NCBI GenBank assembly: GCA_002633005.1
Contig: NMRA01000179.1
Span: forward strand, 643,247 to 707,246
Reading direction: 5' to 3'
Origin: Phoronis australis
Lineage: Eukaryota; Animalia; Phoronida
Length of the DNA: 64,000 bases
Part shown: positions 51,201 to 63,200 of the stretch, one piece after another
How positions within the stretch are numbered: position 1 is the first letter of the stretch
How the letters are laid out: each line of letters starts with the position of its first letter
The notes under the pieces: generated by a model
What the model was told of the DNA's origin: nothing
Database searches by the model: none
What the model saw: the letters and a program-made list of their open reading frames with translations, nothing else
Translations under genes and position numbers: made by a program

Positions 51201-54200
51201 TCACGGGTAAAAACCAACATGACCGCGGCACCCAAAACATGGGCTCGAGTTCTAAAAGTCGGACCGACTCGCCACAAAACAGCACCTACAGGGATCAAAT
51301 GGGTCCGCCGAACCAGGAAATGGGACCGACGCACATACAAACATGACCGACCCACCACAAAACAGGACCGCCGGAGACTGAACATGACTGCCCGGGAATG
51401 AAACTTGACTGCCACCACTCACTTGTGATAACATACAAATAATTGAAAGAAGGTCAATATTTAAAATAGTAATAAATCTAACCAAAAACCAACCACGATC
51501 ACATTTTTGAGACAAATAATTATAATTGTATTTACTGTGTATTTATTTTTTTGAAACAAAACAATACTCGTTTCCTCCCATTGGACATTTTCATCAAGTC
51601 ACTGAAAAAAGGCGTTCGAGAATAACTGGTTTTCGGGCAAATTATCGTCATAACAAGAATTTTTGCTATGCATGTAGACCTTTAGACCGAAGTGGGTTAA
51701 AAACTGAGCGCATAACTCTTACACAAAATTAGTGTCATTAAAAACTACACTTTTTCCGCCTGAGTAAACCAAATTCTCACATGACCTGGAATGTGTTACG
51801 ACACGACGAGTTAATAAAACCGAATACCTAATTTTTTATGTTACGTGAGTGAATCACAAAGTAATACAAAGTAGAAACTCATACACTGTACGTCTTACAG
51901 TTTATCGTCTGCGATACACTAAAACAACCAAACGCGCGCCAACCAAACAATGCTGGAATTCCAAAAAGGTGACAAGGTTACGATTGACAAATCGGGTGTC
52001 GAAGCTGTACGCATTCCCATTGGGAAGGAAGGACGTGCAAACAACATTTTAAAAGACCCATCTTCGGTGGCCAATTCCATATCAACGTTCATTCAAACGG
52101 AAACGAACCCCAACCCAAGAAACGCGATGAGACTCTCTTGTTGTGCTGTTTCAAGGTAAATTCAGTGCTCCAGCGTGGGTGAAGATATCCCACTGCTGCA
52201 CTTTATGCGTATAAGTCGTCTGCGATCAAGGCTATAAAAAGTTCATAATAAAAGTTAACTGTCGTTTCGTGTGGAACGATGGCGATTTGCATGGCCGCTC
52301 GTTGCCTTGGTGTAAAGCCGTATGCCAAATATACAGCTGAGACGAGATGTGGGTAAAAAACTGATCAAAATTAGTGTCAATAAAAACTAAACTCTTCATT
52401 TAGTAAACTTAATTGTTTACCGGTGATGCAAAACATGACTTTCTATCGTTATTCTCCTGGGCCCGGTTGCATAAAAGTCTGTATAACTATCCGGCGGATA
52501 AGAGCTTATAAGCCGGATAAGATTTATACGCCGGATAGTTATCCGGGGTATAAATTTGTGTTGCACAAAGCTTGGATAAGGTTCGGATAACTATCCGGCG
52601 GATATCTATGTTATACGGTGGATAGCCAAATTGGATACCATATAAGGTAATACCCATAATTCCTGTTACCATGGCATAGACAAAATGGCTGAGAAAAGAT
52701 CTTGTAATTGGACAAAGCACGAATTCAACCTTTTGACTGAACTTGCCGAGTCGAACTTGCAAGTAATAAACAGCAAGTTCAGTCAGAAGGTGACGAAGGC
52801 CGAAAAGAACTCTGTTTGGGATGACATAGCTTCCAACATCACAAGTGTGGGAGCAGCAAACAGAACAGCGTATGACACACAGGAAAAGTGGAGGCACATG
52901 GTGTCTGGGTCGAGAGCCTCAAAGAACCAACTGCAAAGAGAGGTGAAGAAAACGGGAGGAGGCTCTCACCCCAAACCCATGGAGGAGGCTGTGAAAAAAA
53001 TCGTGGCACTGTTTACAGACACACCCTGTTTCAGTGGACTGGAAGCTGCAATTGAATCAGGTATGAATTAATCAAGTGAGGCATACGAATATTCCTTGGT
53101 TTATGATACATTATCAACAACACTTCATCAGAATGCTCTCTATTTTTCACTTTATTTCTTCAAAATTGAAACGTACAACTCCCTTAGGAGTTCAATAATT
53201 ATTTGCTACGTGGCATTCACTGCTTTGTAAAAATAGTTCAACCAAGTTTGGAATCTAGGTCACAGGGTTATAAACATTGTATCAACGGAACAGACACGTT
53301 GCACGAACGTAGCTACAAGTACGTGAACCAAAAAATCCCGCAGGGATACTACATAATTACAAACACCAACATTCTCTTCCATTCCTTACACATATAAGCT
53401 ATGGCCCTATGTTGATTGATCAAATCCCGGGGCTAGGAACATAGACAAAGTGATTCATACATTACATCCGTCACGTGTAACCTTCTAGTAAGTCACATTA
53501 GTGACTAGTCTAGCAGTTTTATCGGTACAGCTGTAGGTAGGCCTATGGCATTGCTGACGAAAACCAGCATACGCAAAACAAAAGCCCTACATAATTGTTC
53601 AGTGTCTTAGTTACTCACGAACAAAGATTCTTGAGTCAAAAACTGCCGCCATCTATCACTCAATCTTGGGACACAACCCAAAATTATTTTGCACAAGTGC
53701 CGCGCTCTTCGCCGCAGCGTGCATTCCCGAATGGGTTGTTGCTGGAATGTACGGGGCACCAAATGGGGGCTATACTAAGCAGCGGTATTCGATGAGTCTG
53801 ACAGACGAGGGAACTGGAAATATCATCTCCCGTCGTGTTACTCTCTCCCAACCCACACCATGCCTCAAAACATATGTTGACGATCCTGGAAGGCTTAGTA
53901 AATTGGGGTCCATAACATCAGATAATGATTAGGATAACTTCCTGCTTGTGATCGGTCTCGTACGTACGAATATCAAAACGCTTTAAGTGTGCACTTTTAA
54001 CTTCATTTCAGGAATTTTCACTCCAACAACTGCTCAGACTGCCGAGAGCCAATCACCACAAGCAACCGTCGCATCTGAAATTATATCATTGCCTAGCACT
54101 CCAAAACTGATTACTTCTTGGGACACAATTCTCACTAGTTCATCACCATATCTTTGTGCTAACCACCCTCGTTCGGAATCTCCCGTCACCTCCGCTTCGG

Positions 54201-57200
54201 AGAAACCATTGAGGAAAAAAACGTAAGCAGTAATGAATTAAACGCCATACATGTATCAAAGGAGGTCCTGGAACTAAAGAAAAAAAATGGAAAATGAATT
54301 AGAAGCCAACCAACGGAGAAGAATAAAAGAAGAAAGGAAATTGGACTTAGAAATCGAATTCTCATACTAAAGAACAAGAAACTGAAGATGGAAATTGAAA
54401 ACATGTGACTGTTTTGAGTCAAATGTTCTTTCTGCAAGTGTTGTAATGTTATTTATTTGTTGCTTGTGAAACTTACGTGCTGTTACCTTCGTTGAAATGA
54501 ATGATAAGGTGGGTATTTCTGAGAAGATTGGATGTTTACTACAACAGGATATGCACTACTAAAAAATAGCGCTCCAGTCAGTTTTCTTGTCTATTTTTTT
54601 GAAAAGATTGGGAAAAAGTTTACACTTGTTGCACATAAGTCCATTCATTAGCTCAATACAATTATATTGACTTGTAATTTATTGACGATTGCATAGTTCC
54701 ACCATTGCCTGTATTAATCGTGTTAAGTGGGACCATTTGTTTTTCGGTAATACTCTGCACTTATTTACTGCGTGTCGATAAACCCAACCACTGAGAAAAG
54801 ATACATGTATGCGTATTTAATCAATCAGTATCAATAATATTTATTGTACATCGTAGGTATTGAGTACACATACGTAAATTCCAATGTACAATCACAGAGC
54901 ACTTGTTCTCATGAAGCCATAGGTTTCCAAATATACAATGCAAGACTCTTAACAAATTCATGACTTTTCTGATTGATTATCTAACATTCACAAGCTCTGG
55001 TGCAGTTAAAATCGTATCCCAAATTCAACGCCAGACATAACATATACTGAAACCTAGAACGTATTTACAGAAACCATTAACAAAATTGATTGAACACACG
55101 ACCCCTTTCGTTATTGACAGTCTTCATTCCGTTTCGCTCATATGTTCGAAATAAAACTGTACACTGAACGGAACAGTGATGAAGTAACTGACCAAGAGAC
55201 ATGATTAAAATGTACACGGTATTTCGAAACATACTTGTTTCATTATCAAGTGGAAATAAAATGACGCATAATACCACCACAGAGCACAAGCTGGAGACAT
55301 ACACAGTGGGACACGGCAGGTTTGAAATACCGCAAAGAATGACAAATGAAGGGGGTTATCAGGAAATTCAGGCAAACAACAGTAACGTGCGGTCCGACCG
55401 TATTTGCTGTTCATTCAAAACGGGCTTTTCAAATGCAATCGAAAGAGACTCCCGATACTTTCGATCGCACGTCGTGCTCTACGTACCGAATTGACGCGTT
55501 TTCCACAATTTCTTGACGAGTGATTTTACGTTCCTGACATCGCAGAAAATGTTCTTGGATGTCGCCACTTTAAAGCTGAATAAATAACGGACGGAAAAGA
55601 CTGCAAACCGCTTGACTAATGCAACATTGTTTGACATTTGAATGAAGACATTCGTTCATAGGGCATACAAACTCATTAATAATAGTACACGGGGCAACGG
55701 GACGGACTTCCGCTTTAGAAATGCTAGGTTTCACGACCAAAGTTGGAGGACGTACAATTCCAATATAACATCGAGGTAGTCATCGGGCTCACAAACTTAA
55801 ACATTAACCATAAGGATTTTCATCAAATATTTTCTTGTAAAAAACCTTTTTGGCCATTCCGGTCCGACGTGCAGGGACTTCACAATTAATTCTGGACATG
55901 AATCGCTTTATATGGAGGTCTACCAAAGCATTGGTGTACTCATTATTCACCAGTGTTTCAGTGTTTGTGTTATGCGATCCACCTTTGAATAAACAATAGG
56001 CAGTTGGACCACACTTGTGTGCGCAACATATCAATGATTTAATGGAGTAACGACTCTGAATGGTGTTATCAAGATGCTTCGCTGTCTTGTGAGATGGCGT
56101 CAGCACTTGGGATATTGTCGGCCGTAGAGCCGGAACAACTTGTTGTGTTCATTTTGGGGTGACCATAGAGATAACCTTCGGAGTAGTCACCTTCGAATTC
56201 AGACTAGATAATTCGACGACCAGCCTCAGCATTTATAGCCTTGGACGACTGAATTCATGTTTATTGAAGCTCAATGAGGGGTGTCGGACTAATGATGATT
56301 AATTTTTAGGGTCACATACTACTAATAGACTATCGGAATAGTCATCTTTGTTTAAAATAACATGATACTGAGCAGACTTCTCGGGAAATAACGATATTAT
56401 CATTTCTTTAAAATCCTTTGCCGGGAAGCATCTATAACAGACGGCTGGAGAGAGTACACTGATGATTTTTGTTGCGACAATTAGTGCCTTCAGAGAGAAG
56501 CTGTTCTCATATGTTAATGTTAACACTGAGAAACCCATCAGCTTTCAGTCGCAAAATATCATTATACAAATTTTCCAACTCAGTTTTCTTGGTGTCAAAC
56601 TTGGCTCTAAAATGAACATCAATGCCCAGTGCGAGAAAGTCCTTGTCTGCAGCAACTACATCACAGACAGATAGGTTCACATAGGTTTCACGTTCCTCTG
56701 GTAGTTTAAAGAATGTCAGTAACCAAAAGCGTCGTGTATTCAATCATTTCTGCATGTCGGAAAACCTTCTCCCGAAGTACAGACATACATGTACATGTAA
56801 ACCATTGTGAACTTTTTCAATAGATCCACACATTCAATGTACTCATATTAGTAATTCACTGTATAACAATTACCGTATTTGTCCTAATGAGCGCCCATGC
56901 CCCTATAAGCGTCCTTGATCCTATAAGCGTCCATGCCCCTATAAGCGCCCATGCCCCTATAAGCGCCCCAGCCGCGTTTTCATAAAACACAAAAATAAGT
57001 GCCCAGCCATTAACGTATATACAGTACATTTGAAAAACACCTCACCTTCTAAAATTCTACAGTAACTTCTTCATTTTATCAATAATGTCCGACAGTCCTG
57101 AAAAAAAAACATTTGCCCCAAATTTATAGACCACGAGCCTCGCCGCTATGTCGGTATTTAGCCCTGAATATAAATTTCAAACTTCCGCAGTGCTTCAGGA

Positions 57201-60200
57201 AGACTAAGTCAAGGATTTTTGCAGATATCACGAGGCACTTGTCCCACTATGGTCTGGCCTTTCAGAACAGACACAGTGTACTTATCAACGTTAGTGAAAC
57301 TCGCTCACTCGGTACGGACACACATGTAGCCAAGCTTCAAAGCAAAAGTCACGTGACATCAACATGTGTGTTCGTTAAGATTTTTCTCATGATGGGGGGT
57401 AAGATCTAGCGTAGATTTGGACTTGATCTGCGGTGAATCCCGACTCGACAGGAAATTAAACATTTTAGGGACTATTTGGAAAACTTAAGGAGGATTTCGT
57501 GTAATTTGTTGAGTCGAAACTGTATTTTTTTCTCAAGAATTCAATTTTGTTAATCGACAATTGCGAGGCAGCGATGCATGAGTCGGCTGGGATTTCCCCA
57601 CACTTTTCTGAAAAAGGAGAGCAATGTAACAACGAAGCTTCGATAGCAATGGACCACAATTTTGTGTCAAGTCTGTACTATGCAACATATACGTCGCAGA
57701 ACGTTTTAGGCGTGTATTCGGAAATTGTAATTTTTCAGGCATTGAGTTAGTAACACCAATGAACGCCCGGGCGTCCATTCGGAAAAAGGGGTGTGTAAAC
57801 GGAAAGTAAAAATTTTGACTGCGTAAATATCAGACTGAAGCGCGATATGTACTTTTAATTGAAACATTGACATGGACTGAATAAACGTAGCCTAGAATAT
57901 GAGGTTTTGTGGTTTATTTTTTATTTAAAACTGTTTTTAAAAATTTTACGTTAATAAATGCCTAGTTCGGCAACACTTCGTTAGTTTTTATAATTGATAA
58001 ATGCTCCACAAAATTGTGACTAAACGTTGACGCTTAGCGCCCCACTTCCTGGAAACTTGACGAAGTTGCAACACCATCCAAATAAACGCACATGGGCGTT
58101 CCATATAGTGTGCGCTTATCTCTGGAAAACCCCGCTACTTAATTTTATATCATCAAATGAAGAACGTAGGAGCGACGTGATCACGCACGCCTCTGCCTGT
58201 CTCGGGGCCGGCATAGAACAGAGGCTTAGACTGGTTGATGTCGCGTGCGTCCAGCTCTTCCGGCTCGTTAAAAGATTTTGCTATGTTATGTAAAATGACA
58301 CAGGAAGCCACAATGCGAGCAGCTTTGTTTGGCTCTAGCCTAACCTCGCCGTGCAATATTGCGAAACGGCGTTTCAAAACGCCGATCGCCCTTTCGATTG
58401 ATGCCCTGGTACACTTGTGGCTGATATTGTATCGGCTCTCCGCCCTCGTGTTGGGATGGAGAAACGGAGTCATCAAGAAACGTGAGCAGGCGCATAGGCG
58501 GATTTAGGGGGGGGGGGNNNNNNNNNNNNNNNNNNNNNNNNNNNNNNNNNNNNNNNNNNNNNNNNNNNNNNNNNNNNNNNNNNNNNNNNNNNNNNNNNNN
58601 NNNNNNNNNNNNNNNNNNNNNNNNNNNNNNNNNNNNNNNNNNNNNNNNNNNNNNNNNNNNNNNNNNNNNNNNNNNNNNNNNNNNNNNNNNNNNNNNNNNN
58701 NNNNNNNNNNNNNNNNNNNNNNNNNNNNNNNNNNNNNNNNNNNNNNNNNNNNNNNNNNNNNNNNNNNNNNNNNNNNNNNNNNNNNNNNNNNNNNNNNNNN
58801 NNNNNNNNNNNNNNNNNNNNNNNNNNNNNNNNNNNNNNNNNNNNNNNNNNNNNNNNNNNNGGTGCTATGCGCATCTACAATCGTGGTTCAGTTTGCGCAA
58901 ATGCTTACAGCCGGACGAAATGTTGGGCCCCCCCCCTTGTGATATCCTAGATCCGCCACTGAGGCGTAACCGCTGTCGCCCAACAAATACCCATTATCAG
59001 GAAGAGATCTCTTCCTGCCATTATCAACGTTGTACGGTCGCTGATCGTCGAAGTATTTTCCTAAGGTCGAGGTTAGAATAACAAATCTGTCATAGGTGGA
59101 ACCAGGCCATCGTGCACAAACGTTCGTAAATGCTCCTACAAAATTGAAAACAAAATGTTGATGCATGGACTGACACTCGTACCTGTAATATTCTATTAGG
59201 GATTTCCAATCAACAGCAATCATTCACATAAGGCGGATTAAGGGGTGTCTTTTCGCACAGAATTTCTCTGTAATGAAATGTGTTGTTAATCTTTCCGAGT
59301 CCACTCTCTAAGTGGGTAGGTGTAGTATCCCAAAAACAGCCGACTAAGTACACCGGTAACCAGCAGCGATTGTTTCCACAAGCAATCTCCGGTGGGGAAT
59401 TATATTTGAAAGTTTATTGGTAGTAAGGAGAAAGAAACCGTCTCGGATCTAGGATATCACAAGGGGGGCCCAACATTTTGTCCGGCTGTAAGAATTTGCG
59501 CCAACTGAACCACGATTGTAGATGCACATAGCACCGAATGGGGGGAGGTCGGGAGGGGGGTTTGCCCCCCTCCCGCCGAGGAAATTTTTCTGTTTTTACC
59601 TCTAAAAATCAAGCATTTTCCTTGATTCCTGAAGTATTATTCAAGAAAAAAGGCCAAAAAAAACGGAGAACGTGTCAAACAGGGAAAACTGCAAGTATCA
59701 AAGACTGGAACTCACGACCTCGCGATTATTGCGCGCGTGCGTTACCACTACACAACCACGATTTAAAGGCGAAGGCAACCTTTTTCCATATCATTGTGAG
59801 CTAAAATAAGGTTAGTTGGTTATCCTAGACATATTTTCCACTTAATTACAGCTTTTCGTAATTTTATAAATTACTCGTCCACAACTCCGGAAGTGACGTT
59901 TTAGGAGGCAAGCGTTTCCCGCCACTTGGTTTTGCGTTGACTTTACCGTGCGAATTTGTTCTATTCTACTTTTGTTTTGTGCTCTTTTTCAACAATTGTC
60001 GCCACCACTTTCCATCAGCGAGTATTCTGCGGCAAGATAGGTTAGTAGAGAACTCAACTACGTTGGATTTAGTGATTGTTTAGTGTGATGTAAGCTGAAA
60101 ATGGCTGGAGTCGGTGACCCGTATCACAGTGACAGTTGTGTGAGTGACGGAGACCTTGTTCACAGCACTGAGTGGTGACGAGGAATTTTTTCACGGACAT

Positions 60201-63200
60201 TCAGTGGGTGGGTACATGTTTGAGCCCGAATATAACGAGGCAGAGTACGCACAGGCACAGGCAAGTGTTGAGAGAAACGAGGCGGCTACTGAGGACAGAC
60301 GTAGTGACACATCTTTGTGCAAATGCACTGTGTGTGTTGTTATGCCTACATGTACCTCAATGGAATGCTTGTGCTGTTCAGAGTTCGCCGAGGCCAAGCC
60401 ACTACTGGACATGGTTAAGTGGACCTCCTGCTTACCACGGAACAACTGTCCCACTTGTCAGAGTGTCCCGCTACACACTCCCACCGGATGGTGACCTGAG
60501 CACCCAAACTGCTTACACCGTGTCGTGTGACTCCCTCGCCACACACCTGGCACCTTCTAAATAACTCCAACACTTTAGACAAGTCCACAATAAACTTATC
60601 AAACTTTGGCTCACCGATCTGTTCACTGGACAACGAAGTGTCTTCTTCACTGGGTGTCGAACTGAGTCTGTTATCACTCCCACAACTCAATATCGCTGCA
60701 GGGCTTCTTAGAGGCTCTGGGGTGGAGAAAACAGCACAGGGCGAATCACTACTGGTTCCAGGAATTGCACGCAGTGGGGTACGTTCGGAGGCACGGGTGA
60801 CAGTCGATGAAGTGCCTCCAATGGCTCCAGTCACTGTACTGGCCACAGCTCGCGAGGCTTCTCGCTTCAAAAACGCACTTCTCGGGGGTGGCGACGGGGC
60901 ACTGCCGGGAATAAACAAAGACGGAATGGCATCTTTCTTCAGACGTTGTTTCGCAGGGACCTTCATCAGTTCAGCGTACAAATCCCTTTGGTAATCGGAC
61001 GGCAGAAAGTGCTTGCCACACACACGGTAATTCTCCACTACTTTGTACGTTGCGTGGACGGGTAACGCTACGTTCTTCACACGAACGAGCCAAGTACGGC
61101 GAAGTGTGTCATCCATCGGAAAGCGATGCAAAGGTACTCCCAAAGCGCGCGTGAGCCGATAATTAGTACATCCTGGTACGCAGCAACAACGTGGCATGTT
61201 GACTGACTAGTAAATGATAGCAAACGACGACGGAACTTAACACAACCGGGTAGAACAATGACTGACTCGGCAGCTCTCACAGTCAGACTATATGAAAAGA
61301 AATTGGCGCGAAATGCTTGCCTCCTAAAACGTCACTTCGGGAGTAGCGGACAAGTAATTAATAAAATTACGAAAAGCTGTAATTAAGCGGAAAATATGTC
61401 TAGGATAACCAACCAATCTTAGTTTAGCTCAAAATGACATGGAAAAAGATTGCCTTCGCCTTTAACTACTAATCTCGTACTAAGAGACCTACTTGTTTAT
61501 GGAGTTTATGGTCCACAGCGTTTGCGCGCGAAACCTATTTCTTTTTGTAATGCTTATTACACGTTTTATATTTTGTGCCATCGATTCTTAACAAATTTGT
61601 CGTATTTAAATAGTCTTCAAATGCCAAAAAGACCAAATCCGTTTTTCGTGTTGGCAAGAATGACGGGATTGCTTTGGAAATCGTCTTAAGGTAAGGTTTG
61701 GCAAAGAGAGTATTGCGAATTTCTGAGTGATTCACTGAGGCTTCGATTAAAATTCACATCTTACCAGCAGCTTCTGTTTTTTCATCGTCACTCAGGTTCC
61801 ATTTTCTTTAAAAAACGAAGTAAATTTTCTACATTGCACAGTGGAGCAGACGACGGAAACGGAGTCGTAGTGCGCAGCGCCACTGCCGGTCGCCTGGGAT
61901 ATCGCCATGATAGTTTCGTTACGAATGCGCCGTGTTCCGAATTTGACACTTGAAATTGGAAAAACGAGCCATTCTGTAGAAACCGGCCTTTATCTTGTTG
62001 AGCCTCTGTGGGGTTGTGGGGAATGTTACAAATCTGTTTAAATGTTGAACAATTGCAGATGTGACGCGTTTCACAATTCGACTAACAGTTGACTTGTGCA
62101 GACTGTGGAGCGTGTCACCGACAACGTTCATGAAGCTGCCAGTTGCGAGGTACCTCAGGTACACCAACACTTGAATCAGGGTTGACACTGAGAAATTTCT
62201 TCTTGTGGCAGGCTTAACATCTTCGTCTACTAGCCCACAAACAGTAAAAACGGATGGCTTCTCGCCCAAAGCGAAACTTCCCTCTCAGCTGTTCATCCGT
62301 GTACTTGTTGAGGGGATCAGTAACTTCTCTTTCAAATTGCCTCTGCTTTGGTCTAAATCTATACAGTGCATTCATTTTGATTGAGTTATCCGAGGTCTGA
62401 TGGTCGGGTAACTTTAGTACGGCGGATAGTGTGAGTTATACGGCGGATAACTCTATACGATTTTTATGCAACCCAACTTATCCAGCGTATAAAAAGTTAT
62501 ACGCCGGATAAGGACTTATCCGGCGTATAAGGCCTTATACGCCGGATAGCAAGTTTTATGCAACCGGGTTCTGATGAAATATTTTGCGCCGGTTTTGGCC
62601 ATTTTTTGATTCTTCAATCAACAGTTCTCCTCTTGCACGAGGTTGCGTATATGTCGCAATCAAATCGGAATGGAAGAAGGTAAGTGGGATAGGAAAGAGT
62701 CTTAAATCACCGGCGTTCCCACTGAACCGGATAAACTTCCATTGCAGTAAATATCCAAAATTAAATGCAGAAATCAAAGACCACAAATCACCTATATGCT
62801 GATAACTTGAGACGAGACCCGGCTGAAGGTTGCACGCTGCGGCGTATCCACGATACGAAGTCTTGAAGTTAATGATGAATATTAACACCAACCAATGGGC
62901 ACGCCAAGCGTCATTCATACGCAAAACATTAGACTAGTAACGCTTATGTTCTTAAAGCGGCAACACTAATTACATATACCGGTGGATTAAGCGTTCCCAC
63001 TGACGTAATTCGCCAGATGAAATGTTATACCCGTCACCAATCCCATCCTCTGAAGGGGAGTAAATTTACCATGGGATTAATGTACGCATGCGAAATTTTA
63101 TTTATAGATTCCATTGAAACTGGATGTTCTTGCTTCGTCCCAACGGTAGGGAGTAGGCAGCGGGGAGCAATCCTTTAAATTCATTGCTTGAAATAACCCG

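Larger units (their letters stand above)
58153..62375 (-). pseudogene. Harbinger (HARBI1-like) transposase, fragmented
   Basis: 62375 to about 61955: MNAL..DEQLRGKFRF..LRYLATGSF..GD..KSTVSRIV..FP. 59135-58962 plus 58487-58153: ARWPGSTYD..LLGDSGYACSRFLMTP..YN..H..TRASIERAIGVLKRRF..CVILHN. The segment with the first catalytic Asp (IDGTH) was not found. Broken by MITE and Kolobok insertions. Confidence 0.9.
52460..62570. mobile_element. Formerly autonomous Harbinger transposon (10.1 kb with nested insertions)
   Basis: TIR GGCCCGGTTGCATAAAA ... TTTTATGCAACCGGGTT. CTG TSD at 52457-59 and 62571-73. Subterminal TAT(C/A)CG(G/C)CGGATA repeats. Convergent Myb/SANT and HARBI1-like transposase genes. 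Confidence 0.9.

Noticed and set aside
51217-51412. CRISPR-like repeat-spacer array (also considered for 8180-8330 and 56890-56970)
   Set aside because: Periods of about 18-40 bp with degenerate cores, no constant repeat plus unique spacer structure, no cas genes, and a eukaryotic context.
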